Shown here piece by piece: positions 8,699 through 15,892 of a stretch of 24,000 nt of DNA. Positions within the stretch are counted from its first letter, which is position 1; the number at the start of each line of letters is the position of its first letter. Made by a program: the position numbers and the translations under genes. The notes under the pieces were generated by a model. It had not been told where the DNA came from and searched no databases. It saw only the letters and a list, made by a program, of their open reading frames with translations. The stretch comes from Volucribacter amazonae (lineage in GTDB: Bacteria > Pseudomonadota > Gammaproteobacteria > Enterobacterales > Pasteurellaceae). The stretch is taken from positions 178,565-202,564 of the forward strand of contig NZ_LWID01000001.1 in assembly GCF_029783845.1 (NCBI RefSeq). The letters are read 5' to 3'.

Positions 8699-10231
8699 TT
8701 AAATTTGTTTCTTTCTACAAAGTAGAATAAGAATAGTAAAAACTATGGCTGTGGCAATAAAAGCATATAACATTGAAGAAGTAAAACCAATCACCAAATA
8801 GCCTACCACAGTAGATAGCGCCACTAACATAGCATAAGGTAATTGTGTAGTAACATGATCCATTAAACCACATTTTGCCCCAGTAGAAGAAAGAATGGTG
8901 GTATCCGAAATAGGCGAACAATGATCGCCACAAACCGCCCCTGCCATTACCGCAGATAAACAAGGGAGCAATAATTCAGGCGCTGCATTCGCCGCAATAG
9001 CTGCCGCTATCGGCAACATAATCCCAAAGGTTCCCCAACTTGTTCCTGTGGCAAATGCCATTGCGGTAGCAAGTACAAACAATAAGGCCGGCAATAATTC
9101 TATGGCAAAATTGCCTGAAACAAGGGTGGATAAATATTCCCCTGTTTTCATATCCCCTACTACATTATTAATTGTCCAAGCAAAAAATAAAATTAAAATT
9201 GCCCCTGACATTGATTTCATACCTAAAACCCAAGCACGAAAATAAGTGGCAATATCAACATGGCGTCCTGCTATAATACAAAGGGTTAATACAACTAAAG
9301 CACTTACCCCACCAAATACTAAAGAAATCCCAACAGTGGTATTTTCAAACGCACCTAGCACACTAAAAGGTTTTCCTTCTGCACTAAGAACTTGGTTACC
9401 TGTATAGAGCATCATAAAAACCGTCGCAACAATTAAGGTAACAATAGGAAACACTAAATTACGCATTCTCCCTGTTACCATAATCTCTTCATTGTCATCA
9501 TTATTTTTCGCTAATGCTGCTTGCTCATGCCTTGCCATTGAACCTATATCAATGGAAAAATATGCTACTAAGAAAACCATAATAATGGAAAAAATAGCGT
9601 AATAGTTCATCACACTCATCGCCATAAATGCGCCTATCGGAGAATATTCGGTAATAGAATAAGTGGCTAATAATCCTGCGATTAGGGTAATAATATAAGC
9701 TCCCCAACTAGATACAGGCATTAATACACACATTGGTGCGGCGGTTGAATCCAAAATATAAGCAAGTTTAGCACGAGATACCTTAAATTTATCAGTAACA
9801 GGACGAGCAATAGCGCCAACCGCTAAACTATGGAAATAATCATCAATAAAGGTAACAAATACTAATGATGCAGCCATTAATTTTGCCCCTCGCCGTCCTT
9901 TTATGCGTTTTTTTGCCCAATTTGCAAAGGCTTGATTACTGCCTGATACAGTAAAAAGTGCGGTCAATATTCCCAATAATAATAGAAAAATTAAAATATT
10001 AATATTATCGGCGTTTAATCCCTGTGCCTCTACATCATAAACTAAGGATAAAATATTCTCTTTAAGATAAATTAAAGAAGTAAGCAAATGACCACCGCCG
10101 AGCATTAACGCCCCAACCAGAATACCAATACTTAATGAAAAAATAACTTTACGTGTAACAATCGCCAAACTCAGTGCCAATAACGGCGGAATAATTGACC
10201 ATATTGACGTAGAATAATTAATAAGTTGCAT
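8699..10231 (-). CDS. NhaC-family (Na+/H+ antiporter superfamily) transporter, probably lysine-regulated
   Basis: 510-aa polytopic membrane protein with NhaC-family-like composition and length. It is preceded by a lysine riboswitch on the same strand. Confidence 0.85.
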   Translation of the reverse strand: MQLINYSTSIWSIIPPLLALSLAIVTRKVIFSLSIGILVGALMLGGGHLLTSLIYLKENILSLVYDVEAQGLNADNINILIFLLLLGILTALFTVSGSNQAFANWAKKRIKGRRGAKLMAASLVFVTFIDDYFHSLAVGAIARPVTDKFKVSRAKLAYILDSTAAPMCVLMPVSSWGAYIITLIAGLLATYSITEYSPIGAFMAMSVMNYYAIFSIIMVFLVAYFSIDIGSMARHEQAALAKNNDDNEEIMVTGRMRNLVFPIVTLIVATVFMMLYTGNQVLSAEGKPFSVLGAFENTTVGISLVFGGVSALVVLTLCIIAGRHVDIATYFRAWVLGMKSMSGAILILFFAWTINNVVGDMKTGEYLSTLVSGNFAIELLPALLFVLATAMAFATGTSWGTFGIMLPIAAAIAANAAPELLLPCLSAVMAGAVCGDHCSPISDTTILSSTGAKCGLMDHVTTQLPYAMLVALSTVVGYLVIGFTSSMLYAFIATAIVFTILILLCRKKQI

Positions 10232-10320
10232 GACCTCTACCTAAATATAAAAAATAAGGGAGATCTACTGAATGAAATAATCAAATTGATTATAACAGGT
10301 CGGTTAATTGAACCACCTAA

Positions 10321-10486
10321 CAGTAGCGCTCCATAGTGAACATAAACATACTATGGCAGTGACGTACCTTTCAATAACGCCCCCAACCAATCAAAATGAC
10401 TTTTGATTGATTTCGGCAAATATTCCTTTCTTTTTTCCTCATTGCTATCCGCTCAGAAAAAATACTTATAACATTTGCGCCTCTAC
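10321..10486 (-). promoter_or_regulatory. lysine riboswitch (L-box / LYS element) aptamer in the 5' leader of the NhaC-family transporter
   Basis: Minus-strand RNA, in order: GUAGAGGCGC; AAGUA; AGAAAGG; GCCGAAAU; hairpin CAAUCAAAA-GUCA-UUUUGAUUG; GUUGGGG; stem GGCGU...ACGUC; ACUG; stem CCAUAGU...ACUAUGG; AGCGCUACUG. The 5' GUAG/GCGC pairs with the 3' GCGC/CUAC to form P1. The order of conserved blocks (AGAGGCGC, GCCGAA, UGGGG, GUCAC, GGAGCGC) matches the L-box consensus. Confidence 0.8.
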
Positions 10487-10738
10487 ATATGCGGAAGTGC
10501 TAAGATTACGATAATCTTCATCAAATGACAATAGAAATTATTGATTAATCTGATATGCTAAATATTCATTGTTCCTCCTATTATAAAAAGACAACTTTTC
10601 ATTATTCCATTTAATTTAGATCTAATTAGTTAAGCAATATAAGATAAATTAATCCTAAATAAGCATATTTTTATTGCCTATTATAATTATTATAATTATA
10701 ATTGCTTAGCGTAATGAATAAATCATAGGAGGAATTTT

Positions 10739-11137
10739 ATGTCTGACGTATTAAAAACACTTACTAATATTCGTAGCTTACGAGCTTTAGCCCGTGAACT
10801 TTCTTTAGAAGAATTAAAATCTATTTTAGAAAAATTAACTTTAGTGGTAAAAGAAAAACATCAAGAAGCCGCTGAATTACAAGCCAAAGAACAACAACGC
10901 TTAGAAAAATTAGAAAAATATAAAGAATTATTACAGCAAGATGGTATTAATGCTGAAGATTTGATTGAATTATTAGGTGGCGAAACACCTAAACGTAAAA
11001 AAAGAGAACCAAAACCAGCTAAATACCAATACGAAGAAAATGGCATTGTCAAAACTTGGACTGGTCAAGGAAGAATGCCTAGAGTCATCAAACAAGCCGT
11101 AGATGCTGGAAAATCCTTATCTTCTTTTGAAATTTAA
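10739..11137 (+). CDS. hns: DNA-binding nucleoid protein H-NS
   Basis: 132-aa ORF with an N-terminal coiled-coil (NIRSLRALARELSLEEL) and the C-terminal DNA-binding motif TWTGQGRMP. Strong RBS AGGAGG. Very AT-rich upstream region. Confidence 0.93.
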   Translation: MSDVLKTLTNIRSLRALARELSLEELKSILEKLTLVVKEKHQEAAELQAKEQQRLEKLEKYKELLQQDGINAEDLIELLGGETPKRKKREPKPAKYQYEENGIVKTWTGQGRMPRVIKQAVDAGKSLSSFEI

Positions 11138-11157
11138 TCCATAAAATCTTTGACAAT

Positions 11158-11190
11158 AAAACCCATAATATATGGGTTTTATTGTTTTTA
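11158..11190 (+). terminator. rho-independent terminator of hns
   Basis: AAAACCCATA-ata-TATGGGTTTT followed by ATTGTTTTTATT. Confidence 0.75.
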
Positions 11191-11207
11191 TTCGGAAAAA
11201 TAACATT

Positions 11208-12044
11208 ATGATTGAAAATAAAATTTTATTAACTGATTGCCCAGATGATAAAGGTTTAATCGCCAAAATAACCAATATTTGTTATAAACATCAATTAAAT
11301 ATTCTACATAATAACGAATTTGTTGATTTTGAAACCAAACACTTTTTTATGCGTACCCAATTACAAGGTATTTTTAACGAACAAACCTTATTAGAAGATC
11401 TTAATCTTGCTCTCCCACAAGGTACAAATTGCCGACTAATTAGTAAACAAAAGAAACGCATTGTAATTTTAGTTACCAAAGAAGCTCATTGCCTTGGCGA
11501 TATATTAATGAAAAATTATTATGGTAGCTTAAATGTTGAAATTGCTGCGGTCATTGGTAATCACGATACATTAAGATCATTAGTAGAAAAATTTGATATT
11601 CCATTCTTCTGCATTAGTCATCAAAATCTCACACGTGTTGAACACGACAAATTATTAGCTGATAAAATTGATGAATATTCGCCTGATTATATTGTATTGG
11701 CTAAATATATGCGTGTGCTTAATCCTGAGTTTGTAAGCCGTTACCCTAATCGTGTCATTAATATTCATCATTCTTTCTTACCTGCCTTTATTGGTGCTAA
11801 ACCTTATCATCAGGCTTATGAAAGAGGAGTAAAAATTATTGGGGCAACAGCACATTTTATTAATAACGAATTAGATCAAGGCCCAATTATTTTGCAAAAT
11901 GTCATCAATGTTGATCATACCTATAATGCAGAAGCTATGATGAAAGCGGGCAGAGATGTAGAAAAAACCGTCTTAAGTAAAGCATTAGATCTTGCCTTAC
12001 AAGATAGAATTTTTGTTTTCCAAAATAAAACCATTGTTTTTTAA
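11208..12044 (+). CDS. purU: formyltetrahydrofolate deformylase
   Basis: Collinear with E. coli PurU (CPDDKGLIAKITNICYKH, IVILVTKEAHCLGD, NIHHSFLPAFIGAKPYHQAYERGVKIIGATAHF). The start is moved to MIENK (11208), because the track start at 11172 lies inside the hns terminator hairpin. Confidence 0.93.
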   Translation: MIENKILLTDCPDDKGLIAKITNICYKHQLNILHNNEFVDFETKHFFMRTQLQGIFNEQTLLEDLNLALPQGTNCRLISKQKKRIVILVTKEAHCLGDILMKNYYGSLNVEIAAVIGNHDTLRSLVEKFDIPFFCISHQNLTRVEHDKLLADKIDEYSPDYIVLAKYMRVLNPEFVSRYPNRVINIHHSFLPAFIGAKPYHQAYERGVKIIGATAHFINNELDQGPIILQNVINVDHTYNAEAMMKAGRDVEKTVLSKALDLALQDRIFVFQNKTIVF

Positions 12045-12045
12045 T

Positions 12046-12151
12046 TATAGTCGTTTCAATTTAAAATAAGACAAGACGGTACGCCGAAGACAGTACAAAA
12101 AGTACAATAAGGCGTACCAACACCGTATTATTTTAAAGTAGGACGATTATA
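12046..12151. mobile_element. Correia-like MITE, copy 3 (106 bp)
   Basis: TATAGTCGTTTCAATTTAAAATAAGACAAGACGGTACGCCGAAGACAGTACAAAAAGTACAATAAGGCGTACCAACACCGTATTATTTTAAAGTAGGACGATTATA. It begins 1 nt after the purU stop codon. Confidence 0.8.
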
Positions 12152-12226
12152 ATAAATCCAGTCTAATCTACTGGCTTAAATACTGCTGAAATTTAATGCA
12201 ATTAAATAACTTACTTCATTTTTTTC

Positions 12227-12254
12227 TTGCAATCATCACTTACCACTGTATAAT
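12227..12254 (+). promoter_or_regulatory. sigma70 promoter of the tRNA-Leu gene
   Basis: TTGCAA (12227-12232), 16-nt spacer, TATAAT (12249-12254). The tRNA 5' end lies 15 nt downstream. Confidence 0.5.
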
Positions 12255-12268
12255 CACTGCCATTAATT

Positions 12269-12354
12269 GCCTGGGTGGCGAAATTGGTAGACGCAGCGGA
12301 TTCAAAATCCGCCGTTGAATAAACGTGTCGGTTCGAGTCCGACCCTAGGCACCA
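12269..12354 (+). tRNA. tRNA-Leu (anticodon CAA)
   Basis: GCCTGGG acceptor stem pairs with CCTAGGC, followed by ACCA. Anticodon stem GCGGA/TCCGC has loop TTCAAAA, giving CAA. Long variable arm (class II). T-arm is GGTTCGAGTCC. Confidence 0.93.
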
Positions 12355-12557
12355 TTTATAATAAAATTATCCTTTCATAATCCTCTAAAAGCAAAAGTCT
12401 TTTTTACACATTTGAAATGTTTAATATCTCGATAAATTATAATCGTAAAATAAAAATTTATTTCATATAAATAAAAGCAAAAAAACACACCGCACTTTTG
12501 TATAAGGTAAAACCAATTATAGTAAACTAATACTATTTTTTAATTCTATTCACTCCT

Positions 12558-12899
12558 CTACTCTATCAACCTTTGCTGACAGAGAGCAATAAAAAATTCA
12601 ATATCTTCTGAGTCATAACCCAAAATTTTACCAATTTCTCGTTCTCGCTCGGGATCAAATCCCGATATTCCTATTAAAGAGGAAAGATGTTCGGCTTGTT
12701 GACGATATTCTTCCTTAAATACGATGGTATAAAAACCATTAGGCGGGCAATAATATTTCTCAATAGTAGAAAAATAACGACTTTCAATATAAGTCAACAT
12801 TTCATCAGGAATAATGCCATCAAAAAACAGCGCTACTTGTTTTTTGCCTTGTAACATTAATTGTAATTCAATACCCTCGTGAGGACCGATTTTTGCCAT
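12558..12899 (-). CDS. hypothetical protein (113 aa), family not recognised
   Basis: Clean ORF with RBS AAGGAA 6 nt upstream of the ATG. Soluble-looking sequence (MAKIGPHEGIELQLMLQGKK...). No motif that I can place. Confidence 0.6.
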   Translation of the reverse strand: MAKIGPHEGIELQLMLQGKKQVALFFDGIIPDEMLTYIESRYFSTIEKYYCPPNGFYTIVFKEEYRQQAEHLSSLIGISGFDPEREREIGKILGYDSEDIEFFIALCQQRLIE

Positions 12900-12945
12900 A
12901 TTATTTCCTTAAATCAACCTGTAGAGCCATTATCTTTAAAATAGT

Positions 12946-12970
12946 AAAAATCCCTCTTATTAAGAGGGAT
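12946..12970 (-). terminator. rho-independent terminator of yeeE-yeeD
   Basis: ATCCCTCTT-att-AAGAGGGAT. On the minus strand it is followed by a U-run (plus-strand AAAAA at 12946-12950). Lies 26 nt after the yeeD stop. Confidence 0.6.
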
Positions 12971-12995
12971 AATCATCAATAATAATATGTTGTTA

Positions 12996-13220
12996 TTATG
13001 CCTTTTTTATTACAATCTCCCAAGTAGCATCACCAATTTGAGCAAAATGAATAACAGGATAATCATTTTCGGCAGCCCAACGAGGTAAATTTTCAGTAGC
13101 TTCTGCACAAGTAAATTGTATCGCTAATTCATCGCCAATTTGTAACTCAACAATTTTTTTCTTAGCTTGCATTAATGGGTAAGGGCATAAATGCCCTTTG
13201 GTATCTAATTCATAACGCAT
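12996..13220 (-). CDS. yeeD: TusA/SirA-family sulfurtransferase-like protein YeeD
   Basis: 74-aa ORF with the CPxP motif (GHLCPYPLMQAKK). Similar over its full length to E. coli YeeD (GDEL.I.F.C..ATE..P.WAAE, QIGDA.W.I...KA). Downstream of yeeE. RBS GAGGAG. Confidence 0.85.
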   Translation of the reverse strand: MRYELDTKGHLCPYPLMQAKKKIVELQIGDELAIQFTCAEATENLPRWAAENDYPVIHFAQIGDATWEIVIKKA

Positions 13221-13242
13221 AATTTTCTCCTCTTGGTTATGA

Positions 13243-13346
13243 TACAGTCGTTTAATTTAAAATAAGACGGCGATACACTGAAATACAGTACAAATCGTAC
13301 AACAAGACATACCAACGCCATATTAATTTAAAATGGGGCAACTATA
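13243..13346. mobile_element. Correia-like MITE, copy 4 (104 bp, most diverged)
   Basis: TACAGTCGTTTAATTTAAAATAAGACGGCGATACACTGAAATACAGTACAAATCGTACAACAAGACATACCAACGCCATATTAATTTAAAATGGGGCAACTATA. It fills the yeeE-yeeD intergenic gap. Its terminal CTATA contains the yeeE stop codon. Confidence 0.7.
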
Positions 13347-14373
13347 ACTTTTGTGGGCGGACATAAACAAAATAGCTCATTGCCCAAACACCTAACATAA
13401 TAAAAAATAAAGAAATCCAGCCTTTACTACTCATTACCGCCGTTGCTGTTAAACCGTTGCCAATGGTACAGCCGCCAGCGAGAGACGCACCAATGCCCAT
13501 AAATAAGCCGCCAATTACACTATTTCTTACAGTAGCCAAATCTGGTAAACGCCATTTAAACTCACTACTCCCTTTAGCGGCAAGGTATGATCCTATTAGA
13601 ATACCAAGTACTAAAAATACGCCCCAATTTATACGAGAAGTATCGCCTGTTATTAAAAAAGTAATAATATTGGCAGAAGGACCTGTAATACCTAATCCTG
13701 CACTTTTACCTACCACAGCATTTGATAGCCAAGCTAACAATGCCAAAATTCCAATAAATATTGCTGCCCAAAATGGATGAATATGCTTTTCAAATAAAAA
13801 ATGGCGAATACCTTGATATTTTGCAGGTAAACTAGCTATTTTTAACTTAGGTTTACGCAATGTTGTATAAACCCCAAAAGCAGTAATAATGGCTAAAATA
13901 GCAACAAGCCACCAAACAGAAATTTGTAAACTTTGTGCAAGATTATCATTCATTCGCCAATATTGTCCCATAAATTTTTGCATATCATTTAATGCACCAT
14001 AACGCATCATTGCCGCACTTAACATATACATAAAGAGTGCAATCCAACTACTTATCAAGCCTTCGCCCGCGTGATACCAAGTCCCTGTAGCACAACCACT
14101 AGCAAGCACAATACTTACACCAAAGATCAATGAGCCAATAATGGTAGAAAACAGTGAAAAATCTTTATATGGAGAAGTGATATAGCCAATTTCAATTAAC
14201 CATAGTACGCCAATACTTTGTAGCAAAATGGCAATTAAAAATGCATAAAATATACGATTATTTTTACTGAGATACATTTCCCGAAAGCCGCCTGTCAAAC
14301 AAAAACGAGAACGCTGGAAAATAAAACCGAGAAGACTGCCAATCAATAATGGCGAGAAGATTGTTGAAAACAT
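13342..14373 (-). CDS. yeeE: YeeE/YedE-family inner-membrane (thiosulfate-uptake type) protein
   Basis: 343-aa polytopic ORF with repeated Cys-containing motifs (SRFCLTGG, ASGCATG, AGGCTIGNG) typical of YeeE/YedE. Paired with yeeD. Confidence 0.88.
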   Translation of the reverse strand: MFSTIFSPLLIGSLLGFIFQRSRFCLTGGFREMYLSKNNRIFYAFLIAILLQSIGVLWLIEIGYITSPYKDFSLFSTIIGSLIFGVSIVLASGCATGTWYHAGEGLISSWIALFMYMLSAAMMRYGALNDMQKFMGQYWRMNDNLAQSLQISVWWLVAILAIITAFGVYTTLRKPKLKIASLPAKYQGIRHFLFEKHIHPFWAAIFIGILALLAWLSNAVVGKSAGLGITGPSANIITFLITGDTSRINWGVFLVLGILIGSYLAAKGSSEFKWRLPDLATVRNSVIGGLFMGIGASLAGGCTIGNGLTATAVMSSKGWISLFFIMLGVWAMSYFVYVRPQKL

Positions 14374-14608
14374 AACTAAACCTTAGTATAAATGTTAAAC
14401 AGATCATTCATTCTAAAAATCTTATTGATAAAGACAAGCTGAAAGATCCAAAAATATGATCTCGCTCATAAAAAATTTGAATAAATGCCTGTCATTATAT
14501 ATTAAAAGCTTAAGTTATTCCCCACACTAACTTCATCTAATGTAATTTTCTGCAAAACTTTGCTTTGACTATTTCTTTTGCAAAGCAGAATCTTTAAAAT
14601 ACGCCACC

Positions 14609-14626
14609 TGAATGAACATTCATTCA
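14609..14626. promoter_or_regulatory. 18-bp perfect palindrome upstream of macA (candidate operator)
   Basis: TGAATGAA-ca-TTCATTCA, 85 bp upstream of the macA ATG in the yeeE/macA divergent region. Confidence 0.35.
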
Positions 14627-14710
14627 TTTTGTAATTCTTTATGCTTAAGATTTAGTTAAGAAATTTAGCTTAGACTATCGCTCACTAAATTTTTTATGAT
14701 TGGAATATTT

Positions 14711-15877
14711 ATGAACAAAAAACGCATTTTAACCATAATCATAGTGCTTGTCTTGCTCTTACTAGGCTACTATTTTTTCTATGGCAAAAACAATAATCAA
14801 ATTACCTATTTAACAGAAACCGTTAGTCGTGGCGACTTACAAAAAACAGTCATTGCCAATGGTACGGTGCGTAGTGCTAATCGTGTTGAAGTGGGGGCGC
14901 AGGTATCGGGGCAAATTAAGAAAATTTATGTACAATTAGGGCAACAGGTTAAACAAGGTGATGTGATTGCGGAAATTGATTCTACCACTCAGCAAAATAA
15001 TTTAAATACCGCTCAAGCGGAATTGGATTCTTATACCGCTCAATTAAAAGCGAAAAAAATCGCTTATGAGGTGGCAAAATCCGCCTTTGATCGTACTCAA
15101 ACCTTATATCAGCGTAAATCAGCGAGCTTAGATGATTTTAATACAGCAAAAAATAACTTAGCTGCGGCAGAAGCGGATATTGAGGATATTCAAGCCAGTA
15201 TTAAAAAAGCTGAAATTGAAGTGAATACCGCTCAAACTAATTTAGGTTATACCACCATTACTTCCCCTATTAATGGCACGATTATTTCTATTCCTGTTTC
15301 TGAAGGGCAAACGGTTAATGCCAATCAAACCACTCCAACCATTGTGCAAGTGGCAGATTTAAGCAAAATGTTAATTAAAGCGGAGATTTCTGAGGGCGAT
15401 ATTACAAAAATTAAAGCTGGTCAGGAAGTAAGCTTTACCACACTCTCTGATCCTGATATTCACTATCATTCCACCATTCATTCCGTAGATCCTGCGATGA
15501 GTACACTTACTGATGATGAATACAGTGAATCGGTAAGTAGCACTGATGCGGTATATTATTATGCCAACATTTTGATTGATAATTCGGACAATAAATTATT
15601 TATCGGTATGAGTACCACCAATGTGATTACCATTGCTGATGTGCAAGATGTATTACTTGTTCCGAGTTTAACCCTGAAAAAACAAGGCAATAAAACCTTT
15701 GTTGAAGTATTAAATGCTAATCATCAAGTAGAACAACGTGAGGTTACTACGGGGTTAAGTGATGAAATGAATACAGAAATTTTATCTGGCTTACAAGCGG
15801 GCGAAAAAGTCATTTCTTCTCAAGTGGCAAATGGTGAGCAAGTGGGCAACACAGGTCGTGGACCTCGTCTATTCTAA
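14711..15877 (+). CDS. macA: macrolide-type efflux periplasmic adaptor (HlyD/MFP family)
   Basis: N-terminal TM anchor (ILTIIIVLVLLLLGYYFF), long coiled-coil hairpin, beta-barrel domains. Immediately followed by macB. An alternative upstream ATG at 14696 has no RBS. Confidence 0.9.
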   Translation: MNKKRILTIIIVLVLLLLGYYFFYGKNNNQITYLTETVSRGDLQKTVIANGTVRSANRVEVGAQVSGQIKKIYVQLGQQVKQGDVIAEIDSTTQQNNLNTAQAELDSYTAQLKAKKIAYEVAKSAFDRTQTLYQRKSASLDDFNTAKNNLAAAEADIEDIQASIKKAEIEVNTAQTNLGYTTITSPINGTIISIPVSEGQTVNANQTTPTIVQVADLSKMLIKAEISEGDITKIKAGQEVSFTTLSDPDIHYHSTIHSVDPAMSTLTDDEYSESVSSTDAVYYYANILIDNSDNKLFIGMSTTNVITIADVQDVLLVPSLTLKKQGNKTFVEVLNANHQVEQREVTTGLSDEMNTEILSGLQAGEKVISSQVANGEQVGNTGRGPRLF

Positions 15878-15892
15878 ATGGCGGTGGTAGCA

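Noticed and set aside
10679-10704. Run of TTATAA/TATAAT hexamers (TATTATAATTATTATAATTATAATTG) upstream of hns as a possible phase-variable simple repeat.
   Set aside because: It is not a perfect tandem repeat of constant unit length. It looks like overlapping -10-like hexamers in a curved AT-rich promoter region, as is usual for hns.
11172-11207. Upstream ATG (MGFIVFIRKNNI...) given by the ORF track as the purU start.
   Set aside because: It lies within the hns terminator hairpin and T-run and has no RBS. Alignment with E. coli PurU begins at MIENK (11208).
12269-12560. tRNA-Leu(CAA) as the integration site of a genomic island.
   Set aside because: There is no integrase. I saw no direct repeat of the tRNA 3' end downstream. 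The neighbouring genes (yeeED, macAB) are ordinary chromosomal functions.
311-13346. Considered whether the repeated ~106-bp units could be a CRISPR array or REP/ERIC-type repeats.
   Set aside because: The copies are kilobases apart rather than regularly spaced with short spacers. Each has long terminal inverted repeats ending in TA and a conserved core. No cas genes are present. MITE architecture fits better.
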